Assembly: GCA_963785035.1 (NCBI GenBank)
Contig: CAWATG010000015.1
Span: 175,282 to 239,281, forward strand
Origin: an uncultured Acidimicrobiia bacterium
Lineage (GTDB): Bacteria > Actinomycetota > Acidimicrobiia > IMCC26256 > CAWATG01
Length of the DNA stretch: 64,000 nt
Reading direction: 5' to 3'
Both the position numbers and the translations under genes were made by a program. Of this stretch, positions 45,869-55,074 are shown piece after piece; position 1 is the first letter of the stretch; each line of letters starts with the position of its first letter. The notes below the pieces were generated by a model. That model worked only from the letters and a program-made list of their open reading frames with translations. It ran no database searches and had not been told where the DNA came from.

Positions 45869-46887
45869 CGACGGTGGCTGTGGTGCGTGTCCGGTTTGGG
45901 CGCACCTGGCTTGCGGGGCCTGATCGGATGCACGCGGCCTCGGCGACTCACGACGTAGTAGCCGCGACGCTGAGCAGTGGTAGCCAGTGCCACGGCGTCG
46001 GAATCCAACATCCCGGTCGCAGCACCGTGGAACTCCGCGTCTCCGTAGGAGTAGACGCCACCATTTCGGGTCAAGAGGTAGTAGCCCATACCCGAATCGG
46101 TTGACGCGATCGAAGTCACGGCGTCGAGGTGGGGGATCACACCCACGGCGCTGCCGAGGAACTTGGCGTCGCCGAACGAGAACACGCCCCCGTCGGAGGC
46201 AACGAGCCAGTAACCCTTACCGCTTGGTGTCGCGGCCATCGCGACGATTGGGCGGTTGAGCGGCATTCCGCCGGTCGAACCGCGGAAAATGGCATCGCCG
46301 TAGGAGAAGACGCCACCGTCGCGAGCCACCTGCCAGTAGCCCTTACCGCTCGGCGTCGATGCCATCCCGACGACTGGCTGGTTGAGACGAATGTCGCCGG
46401 CGGAACCGTGAAAGGCTGCGTCTCCATAGGAGAACACGCCGCCATCGCCGGCAGTCATCCAGTAGCCGCGACCGCCAGGTGTCGTAGCCGAGTCCACGAT
46501 GGGGCTGGCGAGGCGCAGGGTCGAGGCTGCGCCGAAGAATTGTGCGGAGCCGTAGGAGTAGATGGCGCCGTCAGCTGCGATCTCCCAGTAGCCCGACCCG
46601 TCGGGGGTGGAGACCATGGAGACGATGTTCTGGACGGTCGGTTGGTTCTCGGCGGATCCGAAGTAGCCGACCTCATTGGAAGGTGTCGAGGGTTCGGCAG
46701 TGGCGGTCGAGACCGCACGAGCCAATGTCGTCGCTCTTGCAGGAGATGTGGCGCTTGCGGGGGCGTCGCCCAGTGAGAGTCCGAGGGATACGGAACCGGT
46801 GGCGACGATGGTGGCGAGAAGAGCCCCACCCCAGCGCTGTATATGTCGTTTGGTGTTTTTGGGCGCGTTCGACCAAGGCTGCAACAT
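45844..46887 (-). CDS. secreted protein built from ~6 tandem ~41-aa repeats (beta-propeller-like), unknown family
   Basis: It has a signal peptide (..GALLATIVATGSVSLGLSLGDAPASA). The repeats have the consensus GYW.VA.DGGVFSFGDA.F.GS......LN.P(I/V)VGMA.TP.GK. GGGAGGA lies 6 nt before the ATG at 46887. The C-terminal ~30 aa look non-native. Confidence 0.65.
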   Translation of the reverse strand: MLQPWSNAPKNTKRHIQRWGGALLATIVATGSVSLGLSLGDAPASATSPARATTLARAVSTATAEPSTPSNEVGYFGSAENQPTVQNIVSMVSTPDGSGYWEIAADGAIYSYGSAQFFGAASTLRLASPIVDSATTPGGRGYWMTAGDGGVFSYGDAAFHGSAGDIRLNQPVVGMASTPSGKGYWQVARDGGVFSYGDAIFRGSTGGMPLNRPIVAMAATPSGKGYWLVASDGGVFSFGDAKFLGSAVGVIPHLDAVTSIASTDSGMGYYLLTRNGGVYSYGDAEFHGAATGMLDSDAVALATTAQRRGYYVVSRRGRVHPIRPRKPGAPKPDTHHSHRRAGSTQLP

Positions 46888-47057
46888 GTGTTGTCCTCCC
46901 TAAGTGACCCGAGAAGAACAGCTGAACTGTTCTTGGAGATCCTCTGTCTCCGAGGCGTGCACTCAAGAGAGGTCATCGACCCTGGGCGCCGAAAACTTGA
47001 ACGGCTAAACGGGATGAGGCGCGAGGTATCGGTAAAAAAGGACGGTGACGCTTGGCT

Positions 47058-47987
47058 CTAAGGAGCTTCAGCGAGCGGGGGCGGCGTTGCCCGCAGCTGC
47101 TCGGCAGTTGCCGTCGTCGTGTTGAAGGCCCGCCATTGCGACGTCACGAACTTGAAGCGGCCGATGCTGGCTCCGCGGTTGGTTGGCCACGGCGAGCCGA
47201 GTGTCTGCCAGTAGTCGATACCGGCGCCGGCGAGAAGGCGTGACGACCAGAAACTTCGGTCATCGGGTCCGTTCGGGTCGTCGAGGATCAAACGGGCCTG
47301 GAACGTCCCGAACATGGCCGCGATGTCGGTTGGATCAAGCGTCCCGCGGGGGTTCCAGAAATGCCATGCGTTGCGCCCAGCACTGAAATCGAGCTTGGCG
47401 CTGATGCCTTCGGGTTCCGAACGAACGTCGATCGGTCCTGCACTGTTGTGTCCGAAGTTCTCGGGATAGGCGCCGCCGGACTCCTCCTTGTCGGCGATCA
47501 AGTGCCAGGACCCGGTCGCCTTCGAGAGCAGCCACGTTTGGATCCCGCGCACCTGGACGCGTGTGTTCCCAGTCTCTGGACGCAAGGCGGCGTTGGTCCG
47601 GCGCCCGTCGACGAAGAGCACGCCCCAGGTAACGGCAGCGCGCATTGAGGCTGCGTTGTTGCCGACCTGAATCACCGGCACGTGTTTCCAGTCGACAAGT
47701 GGATCCAAAGGCAACACGCCGTTGTGGGCACGCTGTTGGTCCGAGACGATCAGGTCGACCGAGTTCAGCGGACCAGGTTTCGATGTTGTTTCCGGTTGTT
47801 GCACAGCGGGTCTGGACGTCGCGGGGTTGCGGTGTTGACCGGTCGTTTCGGGGCTCGATGACGGATTCGCAAAAATTCCGATGTCGAATGCGAACATGAC
47901 GAGCAACGTTGCACCGCTCAGAGTGGCAAGCGCCTTCAGGAGCGTCCTCCTCCGGCGGCGACGCCGGCGCCGTGAACGAGTGCGCAT
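47058..47987 (-). CDS. membrane-anchored unknown-function domain protein P2
   Basis: The ATG at 47987 lies 2 nt after the upstream GT stop. The N-terminus is [17 protein letters not shown] plus one TM, followed by a Pro/Ser/Thr linker. The ~235-aa domain has blocks GNTRVQVRGIQTW, DFSAGRNAWHFW, FQARLILDDPNGPDDR, NRGASIGRFKFVT and FNTTTAT. Confidence 0.6.
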   Translation of the reverse strand: MRTRSRRRRRRRRRTLLKALATLSGATLLVMFAFDIGIFANPSSSPETTGQHRNPATSRPAVQQPETTSKPGPLNSVDLIVSDQQRAHNGVLPLDPLVDWKHVPVIQVGNNAASMRAAVTWGVLFVDGRRTNAALRPETGNTRVQVRGIQTWLLSKATGSWHLIADKEESGGAYPENFGHNSAGPIDVRSEPEGISAKLDFSAGRNAWHFWNPRGTLDPTDIAAMFGTFQARLILDDPNGPDDRSFWSSRLLAGAGIDYWQTLGSPWPTNRGASIGRFKFVTSQWRAFNTTTATAEQLRATPPPLAEAP

Positions 47988-47989
47988 GT

Positions 47990-49097
47990 TCAGGCGGTGG
48001 CCGTGGGGTTCGCGAGCCTGGCGCACAGTGCCTCGTATCGATCGGTCACGGTGTTCCAGTCGTACTCCGACTCAGCGCGAGCCTGCAATTTCGCCCCACG
48101 CTCTGCAGCGCCATCGGGGTCGGCATCGACAGCGTCGATGGCCTGTGCGTACTGCTCGGGCGTCGAGAAAAAGCGCCCATCGTCGCCGAGCACCTCACGA
48201 TTGAAGACGACGTCGAATGCGATCGCGGGGACTGCTGCGCCCATTGCGCGGAGCAGCGCAGGATTCGTGCCGCCGACGGAATGCCCGTGGGTGTAGCTGC
48301 GGGCGTGCGCGTACAGGGCGTCGAGCAGATCCAGGTCGTAGACGCTGCCGACGAGCCGGACCCGGCGGTCGCGTGCCGCTAGTTCTTCGATGTGCTCTTT
48401 GTAGGCGGCGCCGTACTTGGCGTCGCCGACGACGACGAGCGGAATCTCCGAGGCGCTGAGACGGTATCCAGCGATGATTTCGGCGAGGTGGTTCTCAGGT
48501 TCGAGACGGCTGACGACGAGGTGATAGCGACCGGGTTCGATCCCAAAATCGCACACCGGCTGGGCGCTCACGTTGCGAAGGATTGGAGCCCCATACGCGA
48601 TGAACGTGCTCTCGGCGCCGAAGCTCGAACGGTAGTAGTCGCCGATTCCCCTCGAGTCGGCGATGATCTCGTCGGCGAGTCGTACACCGAGGCGTTCGGA
48701 GAGCATGTACCAGCGCTTGCCCAACGGCCCCCATTTGGACCGTTTCCACTCGAGTCCGTCGACATTGACTGCGACGGGAATTCGGCGTAGGCGCAGGAGC
48801 GGCAACATCACGGCGTTCGCCACATTGCACATGATGGCGACGTCAACTCGATGGAACAGCAGATGCAGACACGACAGTCCGGTATGGGAGAGGGTTTCTG
48901 CAGCACGAAGCGGCAACGCAGGAAGGTTCACCAACGTCATGCCCCGGTACTCGTGGAGTTTCTGACCTGGGGTTGCGGCAGTAGACGACGACTTCGTGAC
49001 CACGCGTGCTGAGGCGGGTCCCGACTTCTTCTGCCAGTGTTTCAAAGCCGCCGTATCGCGCAGGGACCCCGCGCGTGCCGATGATTGCTATGCGCAT
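47990..49097 (-). pseudogene. glycosyltransferase with DUF1972-type N-terminus (GT4 family), frameshifted
   Basis: MRIAIIGTRGVPARYGGFETLAEEVGTRLSTRGHEVVVYCRNP is in one frame. GQKLHEYRGMTLVNLP...NVDGLEWKRSKWG...HGHSVGGTNPALLRAMG is in the next. The shift is at the GGGG run 48969-48972. Confidence 0.8.
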
Positions 49098-49225
49098 CGC
49101 TGCACTAGCCGGGCTGACGGACGGTGTATCTGTCACCTACGTTGGACTTCTTTGTCAGTCGCGCAGGCTGACGCGGACCCTCGTCGTATGGCGCAACCAT
49201 CGCGGTGAGCGCGTTGCGGCGTCGA

Positions 49226-50062
49226 TCAGCCACGATAATGGCGACCCACGCCAAGTGCGACGATGGCGACAGCTGTTGCCATAACGCTGCGCGCGACCTT
49301 GCTCATTTTGGAGAGCGCCCTCACGTCGGTGACCGATACCAGATCCGGCGACCGCGCAGCGAGGAGCGCGGCTTCGGCCCTGGCGACACGAGCCCGGGCG
49401 TCGCTCAGCTCTTGTTGCGCGTTGGAGATTTGCAGCTTGAGGCCCGCCGCCTTGTTCTGTCCTTCGGTGAGTTGTGCGAGCACCTTTGCCTGTTCGGGCG
49501 TGCGTTGATCGCCGTTGTAGGCAGCGAATGCCGCGGCTCGCGCCGCGTCGATGTCAGTCCAGTCGATCGCTGTTTGGAAAGCGTTCCAGTCTTGGTTGAT
49601 CGCGTCGAGACTGGCCTGCGTTGTGCGGAGGGCGATGGCTGCGCGGTCCCGCTGGCGGGATGCGACTGCGGCGAGGCCCTCGGTAGCGTACGCGGTGACG
49701 ATTTGGCGGGCGTTCTGCTCGGAGGTTCCGGTATACGTCATTGTGACCGGCGAACCACCCTGGTCTCCGCCGTACGTCGTCACATCGCCGATCGAACCTT
49801 CGTCGACCTTTGCCCTCTTCGCCACAGCACGGGTGACAGATGGGAGGTCCAAGGCGGAGCGAAAATCTGCCACTAATGGATCAATATTGAAGGAACTGTC
49901 CCCGGGATTGAGCGCCTGACCGACGAAGACAACTGCCGTCGCCTCATACGTGGTGGGTCGGCTCAGTGCGAACAACCCGGCGGCAGCGGCCGCCAAACTG
50001 CCGGCAACAGCCAGAGCTATCAACCTCCGAGGCGTCAGATTCAAGAAGCTGGCGATTTCCAT
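49226..50062 (-). CDS. Wzz-like polysaccharide co-polymerase (chain-length determinant), no kinase domain
   Basis: It has N- and C-terminal TM helices flanking a ~200-aa Ala/Gln-rich predicted coiled-coil ectodomain. It sits next to Wzy. Confidence 0.6.
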   Translation of the reverse strand: MEIASFLNLTPRRLIALAVAGSLAAAAAGLFALSRPTTYEATAVVFVGQALNPGDSSFNIDPLVADFRSALDLPSVTRAVAKRAKVDEGSIGDVTTYGGDQGGSPVTMTYTGTSEQNARQIVTAYATEGLAAVASRQRDRAAIALRTTQASLDAINQDWNAFQTAIDWTDIDAARAAAFAAYNGDQRTPEQAKVLAQLTEGQNKAAGLKLQISNAQQELSDARARVARAEAALLAARSPDLVSVTDVRALSKMSKVARSVMATAVAIVALGVGRHYRG

Positions 50063-50214
50063 AACACGCGAGCCGATCTCTCCGCACGAGGTTGTCAGGC
50101 CGACTTTATCAGTCGGGAGTCGGACATTTTATCCGCTTTGCGTTGAACTGTTGTCACGGTGGCACCTAGTTAGTCTGGTCAACCTACGGCTTTTTTGAGT
50201 ATTACCCTGAGTGA

Positions 50215-51678
50215 ATGCGTACGACGGTCGCCGCGAACAGTCCCAACGCGGGCATAAATCATCCGCCCGGGGTTGCCTCGGTCTCGACTCGGGTGCTCGT
50301 CGTCTTCGGGGTGTGCGGGGCGGTCGCGGTTTCCATCGCCATCGGGGTGCTGGTTGGGCTTGGCGGCCCGAGCCAGCGCAACCTCTTCGTCGGCGCCACG
50401 GCCCTCATCGCAGGAATCGTTGCAGCGACGGGCGTGATGACCCGGTTTTGGCCAACGTTGTTGTTGTTGTTTTCGCTTCGGCCGGTGTTCGATGCCATGA
50501 AGATCGGTGCGTTGGGTTCGGGTTCCCTGGATCCATCAACCGTGGTTGGGGTCATCTTTCTCGCCAGCGCGTTGTTGTGGTTGCTGGCCAGGCACCGGAC
50601 TGGGACATTCGTCGGGGTTTCCCGCGTGGCCAAGGCACTGCTGGTCTTTGCGTTTGCTTGTGGTGTGAGCGCATTGGGGGCTGACCACGTCTTCGAGAGC
50701 CTTGCAACGGCTTCAAAGGTACTTTCGGCCGCCGTAATGATCGTGGTCCTGGAACAGTTGTATACAGATCGCCCCGAACGGATCAATGCACTGCTTATAG
50801 CGTTCTTTGCGTCGTTGGGATTTCCTGCAATATTCGCCGTCGTCGAGCTTTTCGGCGGGCCGAAGACCGGTGACTACACCGAAGTTGGGCGTATTACGGG
50901 CACCTTCGTGCACCCGAATGCCTTCGCGAGCTACCTCACCATCATCGTGCTCTTGGCCGTTGCACTGGCGCCACATCTCGAAGGACGGGCAAGAGTCGCC
51001 ACGATCGCTTGCGGAGGGGTCGCAAGCTTCCTCCTCTTGAACACCTATGCCCGGGGTCCGTGGCTTGGGCTACTCGTCGGGCTCGTCATCATCGGCATTG
51101 TGCAGGATCGCAGGATCCTTGGAATCTTGGCCGTCGCGGTAGCGGTGATCCTCATCGCCGTGCCGTCGGTCACGACACGGCTCGGCGAACTCGGCCAAAC
51201 AGAGGCGGTCGGCAACGGTGACGCGAACTCGCTGGCGTGGCGTCTCGGGTACTGGGGGAGAGTGCTGCCGCTGGGCGAGGAGAATCCTGTTACCGGGATC
51301 GGTATCCTCATGGTGCAGAAGTCGACCCCCGAGGGGTTGCCTCCCCACAATGGATTTGTGCAGGCGTACGTCGAGACGGGGATTTTCGGGTTGGCGGCGC
51401 TTGGCGTGATGATGGCGCTCATGGGTCTCGATCTGCGGCGCGCGCTCCAACGCGCCGGCAGTGGGTTCGATCGCGCCGTGGTGCTCGGGGCACTTGCGAT
51501 CAGCGCATCTCTTGCGGTGCAGCTGCTCTCGGAGAACCTGCTGACGCAGACCCTGAACTATTGGTACCTGTTCGTTCCGACGGCGTACGCGTTGGCCGTC
51601 GTCGCAAGGGGCGAGATCGGATCTCCCCAGCCTTCGAAAGTCAGACTTTCTTCGGCGATTCCCCGGCGCCGTCTTTGA
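50215..51678 (+). CDS. O-antigen ligase/polymerase family (Wzy-like) membrane protein
   Basis: It has about 10-12 TM helices. The Wzy_C-type loop block reads RGPWLGLLVG...NSLAWRLGYW...PHNGFVQAYVETGIFG. Confidence 0.75.
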   Translation: MRTTVAANSPNAGINHPPGVASVSTRVLVVFGVCGAVAVSIAIGVLVGLGGPSQRNLFVGATALIAGIVAATGVMTRFWPTLLLLFSLRPVFDAMKIGALGSGSLDPSTVVGVIFLASALLWLLARHRTGTFVGVSRVAKALLVFAFACGVSALGADHVFESLATASKVLSAAVMIVVLEQLYTDRPERINALLIAFFASLGFPAIFAVVELFGGPKTGDYTEVGRITGTFVHPNAFASYLTIIVLLAVALAPHLEGRARVATIACGGVASFLLLNTYARGPWLGLLVGLVIIGIVQDRRILGILAVAVAVILIAVPSVTTRLGELGQTEAVGNGDANSLAWRLGYWGRVLPLGEENPVTGIGILMVQKSTPEGLPPHNGFVQAYVETGIFGLAALGVMMALMGLDLRRALQRAGSGFDRAVVLGALAISASLAVQLLSENLLTQTLNYWYLFVPTAYALAVVARGEIGSPQPSKVRLSSAIPRRRL

Positions 51679-52789
51679 CCGCCTGATAGAAGTCGACCAG
51701 GCTTTGAGCAGTGCGTGCCGAGCCGAAGTGTGACGAGGCATAAGCCTTACCGGCATCGGAGATACGCGCCAACAGCTCGGTGTTCGAGACGGCCGAACGC
51801 AACACTGCCGCTGCGGCAGACGGGTCGTCGGTCAGCGTCAATCCCAAGCCCCTCTCCCGAAAGAGGTCGCTGGTCCGTAGCGACTCCGAGATTGCCAAGG
51901 GAATTCCCAGCCCCATTGCCTCGGCCATCGTGAGCGAGAATCCCTCGAACCGCGAGAACTGCACGCACAGCGTTGCGTTGAGCATGACTTCGTACTTTTC
52001 TGTGCCGTATACCGGCTCATGGAAGGTCACATTCGACGTTGCCCGCGCACGAAGGTCGTTCATCGCCTGGGAGTGCTCGGTACTTGTCGTGCCGTAGAGA
52101 TGGAACTCCAGCTCGGGAGCGTGCGCTGCCGCCTCGACCAGTCGGTCGAGGCCCTTCTGGAACGGCTCGAAGCGTCCGAGATAGACGAGCCTGTTTCGCT
52201 CCGGACCTAACGTCCACGATGGCGTGCCCTCTGGCGGAGGCTCGACCGGGACGGGCATCTCGATGGCCGTCCTCAGGTTCTGGCCCACGACCTGTTCGCA
52301 ATCCTCGCGTTCGCCCGGGAGGAGCGCGATGCCGCTCGCTTTCGTGACCAGTGGACCCTCGATGAAGCGCACGTACTGGCGCCGCAACGTTGGGCTGAAT
52401 GCCATGAGCGCAATTGCGAGAGTGCCGTGCGGGGAGTAGATATACGGCACGCCGCACCTGCGAAGCAGGAACCCGAGGAGCGCATGATTGGGCTTCCATC
52501 CGCCGTGGAGATGGACGATGTCGGGGCGCTGGTTGCGAAGAAGTCGTAGGTAGGCGCGCGGCGCGAGTCCTTTGTCGCTCCGGCGTGCCTCGGTGACGAT
52601 GAACCCATGGGTCGATGCGTAGGCGCGTGCGTCCTGACTGACGGGCGAGCGCATGAACACGGTGACGTGATGACCGATCAGTGCCTGCTCGCGTGCGATC
52701 CACCACACGAAACCGGAGAGTCCGTCTACGCCGTCAGGTCCGGTGTTCACGTCGACGTGCCAGATGCGCATCGCGGTGCGTGGTGTCAT
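51641..52789 (-). CDS. glycosyltransferase family 4
   Basis: It has the C-terminal GT-B block LGRFEPFQKGLD...SRFEGFSLTMAEAMGLGIPLAISE. The start overlaps the wzx stop as ATGA. Confidence 0.8.
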   Translation of the reverse strand: MTPRTAMRIWHVDVNTGPDGVDGLSGFVWWIAREQALIGHHVTVFMRSPVSQDARAYASTHGFIVTEARRSDKGLAPRAYLRLLRNQRPDIVHLHGGWKPNHALLGFLLRRCGVPYIYSPHGTLAIALMAFSPTLRRQYVRFIEGPLVTKASGIALLPGEREDCEQVVGQNLRTAIEMPVPVEPPPEGTPSWTLGPERNRLVYLGRFEPFQKGLDRLVEAAAHAPELEFHLYGTTSTEHSQAMNDLRARATSNVTFHEPVYGTEKYEVMLNATLCVQFSRFEGFSLTMAEAMGLGIPLAISESLRTSDLFRERGLGLTLTDDPSAAAAVLRSAVSNTELLARISDAGKAYASSHFGSARTAQSLVDFYQAVKDGAGESPKKV

Positions 52790-54120
52790 GGCGACACACC
52801 TGTCGTCGTGGCCGGCGGTGCGCCGGGAGAGGTCGTCCCGCCGTCGCTGCCGCTGCCGTTACGCCGCGCTGTCCAATCTGACAGTGTTGTTGCTTCCAGC
52901 CAGGAATACGCAAGGAAGACGAATCCGCTCACGGTTGTGATGATTGCAGCGCTCTTGATGCCGTAGCGATCGACGAATGCCACGAGTCCGATCACGGTGG
53001 TGCCGAGGGCACAGACCAACGCTCGGGAGACGCCGCCCGGCCGTCCGTCTGCGAGCAGCTTCTGGGTGATGACCGAGCCCATATCGAACGCGATCTGGCC
53101 GGGCAGCAGCAGCCAAAGCAGCACAATCGCGCCACGGAAGTCATCGCTGAACAGCAGGGGCAAGACCCACGGCGCCGAGGCGCCGACGATGCACGCGACG
53201 CTTGCCGAGAGCGCGAAGGTCAAACGAAGTGAGCGGCGCAGTGCATGGCGGCCCGCAGTCGGATCGAGCCCATGGCGAATTTTCGGGAAGAGCGCGAGCG
53301 CAATCGAATTGGCCACGGGGCCGCTCACCCCTGCGGCCGTGACCGCGACTGCATAGCGTCCGAGCTCTTCCGACGATACATAGGCAACGAGGAGGAACTG
53401 ATCGAGTCGTGAGGTCAACACGCCGGCAAGGCTTCCGAAACCAACTCGGTATCCGTAGTTGGCCTGGATTCGAAACGTCTCCCGGCTGAAGTCCGTTCCC
53501 GGCCAACCACGCGTCACCGAGAAGACAACGAGGTACCACACGACGTACGCGCCGAACTGTGCTGCGAGGGCACTGGTGAGGTCCAACCTGCCGGCGATTG
53601 CGAGCACGATCACGACCGCGGCGTTCGCCACGAACGGGAAAATCTGCAGAACGTTGAAGACCACCAGACGCGGTCGTGCGCGTTGCAGTTCGATCGCGGT
53701 CTGCGCGGGCATGAAGATCACACCGACGACGAGGAAGGCGCGGAACCATTGCACGGTCAGGGACGCATGGTCCGAGAGATAGTTGGGCACGAACCACCAA
53801 GCCACGAGCGTGAGTGAACCGCCGATGACTGCAGCCCATGCCCATGCCGACATCACCAGCTCTCGGTGGCTGCGTTGATGGCTAAGGTAGATGGCGGCTT
53901 GTGGGAAGCCGAAGAGCAAGGCGTAGCCGAGGACCTGGGGAGGCACTGTCGCTGCCGCATAGTCGCCGCGTCCTTCGGCGCCGAGTGCGTACGCGAGCAA
54001 TGGACCGGTGACGACGGCGAGGCCGTAACCGAAAAGGCCACTGACCGCCGTGAACGCGGTGTCGAACTTCGGGCTGGCGATGAGTCGACGCATGTGACCC
54101 TCGGAGCGGAAATACTTCAC
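52786..54120 (-). CDS. wzx: Wzx-type oligosaccharide flippase (MOP/polysaccharide biosynthesis protein family)
   Basis: A 444-aa protein with about 12-14 TM helices, typical of PST-family flippases. Its context is a Wzy-dependent locus. Confidence 0.8.
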   Translation of the reverse strand: MKYFRSEGHMRRLIASPKFDTAFTAVSGLFGYGLAVVTGPLLAYALGAEGRGDYAAATVPPQVLGYALLFGFPQAAIYLSHQRSHRELVMSAWAWAAVIGGSLTLVAWWFVPNYLSDHASLTVQWFRAFLVVGVIFMPAQTAIELQRARPRLVVFNVLQIFPFVANAAVVIVLAIAGRLDLTSALAAQFGAYVVWYLVVFSVTRGWPGTDFSRETFRIQANYGYRVGFGSLAGVLTSRLDQFLLVAYVSSEELGRYAVAVTAAGVSGPVANSIALALFPKIRHGLDPTAGRHALRRSLRLTFALSASVACIVGASAPWVLPLLFSDDFRGAIVLLWLLLPGQIAFDMGSVITQKLLADGRPGGVSRALVCALGTTVIGLVAFVDRYGIKSAAIITTVSGFVFLAYSWLEATTLSDWTARRNGSGSDGGTTSPGAPPATTTGVSP

Positions 54121-54292
54121 TGGGTTGTGTCCTGCGTCGATGGTTGTGCGTCTGTTGCAGTTGAACGGACGCGAAACTGCTGTCGGTGGCGGAATTTAGA
54201 GGGTTAACACGTACAATTAGGCCAATTCACTCACACCGAGTGGGCGTTACGTGGAACGAGACATTACTCGGGGGAACGACGGAGGCCGGCCG

Positions 54293-55072
54293 GTGAAAGT
54301 GGTGATCTTGGCGGGCGGTCTCGGAACGCGTCTCGCCGAAGAGACGGTCATGGTGCCCAAGCCGATGGTGACGATCGGCGAGGAGCCGATCTTGCTGCAC
54401 ATCATGCGGCACTACGCGCACTACGGGCACGACGAGTTCATCATCACGTTGGGATACAAGGGCTACGAAATCAAGCGCTTCATGCTCGACTACCAGATGA
54501 TGGGTGGCTCGAGCGTGACGGTGAACATGGCAACGGGCGATGTGACGGTGTTGGACCCAGGCGAAGCGCGACCCGAATGGAAGGTCCACCTCCTCGAGAC
54601 CGGCCTGCACACGATGACGAGCGGCCGCGTCCGGCGAGCGATGAAACTCACAGGCGATGAGCCGTTCATGCTGACGTACGGCGATGGTGTCTCCGACATC
54701 GATGTCGCGGCACTCCTGGAATTCCATCGCGCGCATGGCAAGCTTGCGACTGTGTCGATCGTTCGTCCCACGTCGCTGTTCGGCCATCTCGTGCTCGCCG
54801 GCGACCTCGTCACGGATTTTCTCGAGAAGCCGCAGACGCTCGGTGGGTGGATCAACGGCGGATTCATGGTGTTCGAGCCAGGGGTTCTCCAATATCTGGG
54901 TGACGACGAAACACCGCTCGAAAGCAGCGCGTTGATGAACCTGGCACGAGACGGCGAACTGTTCGCGTACCGCCACGAGGGATTTTGGCAGTGCATGGAT
55001 TCGCTGCGCGATCGGCGCCTGCTCGAGCAGCTCTGGCACGAACCGAATCCACCGTGGAAGACTTGGGACTGA
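54293..55072 (+). CDS. rfbF: glucose-1-phosphate cytidylyltransferase
   Basis: KVVILAGGLGTRLAEET...PKPMV.IG..PILLHIM..Y..YGH.EFI...GYKG..IK.F and the C-terminal FWQCMD..RD motifs are present. GGAGG lies 7 nt before the GTG at 54293. Confidence 0.9.
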   Translation: MKVVILAGGLGTRLAEETVMVPKPMVTIGEEPILLHIMRHYAHYGHDEFIITLGYKGYEIKRFMLDYQMMGGSSVTVNMATGDVTVLDPGEARPEWKVHLLETGLHTMTSGRVRRAMKLTGDEPFMLTYGDGVSDIDVAALLEFHRAHGKLATVSIVRPTSLFGHLVLAGDLVTDFLEKPQTLGGWINGGFMVFEPGVLQYLGDDETPLESSALMNLARDGELFAYRHEGFWQCMDSLRDRRLLEQLWHEPNPPWKTWD

Positions 55073-55074
55073 CA

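Noticed and set aside
45870-45960. Programmed -1 ribosomal frameshift joining the propeller ORF to P1.
   Set aside because: The required shift is -1. However, there is no X_XXY_YYZ slippery heptamer in the zero frame: the CCCAAAC run is in the wrong register. I also see no obvious downstream pseudoknot. A simple indel, or a truncated gene, is more parsimonious given the many indels elsewhere.
46914-46934. An 8-bp hairpin (aagaacag-ctgaa-ctgttctt) considered as a terminator between P2 and the propeller gene.
   Set aside because: The stem is short and AT-rich. There is no U-tract on the transcribed (minus) strand. It lies only ~25 nt from the propeller RBS. It is mentioned in the triad finding as a possible regulatory element only.
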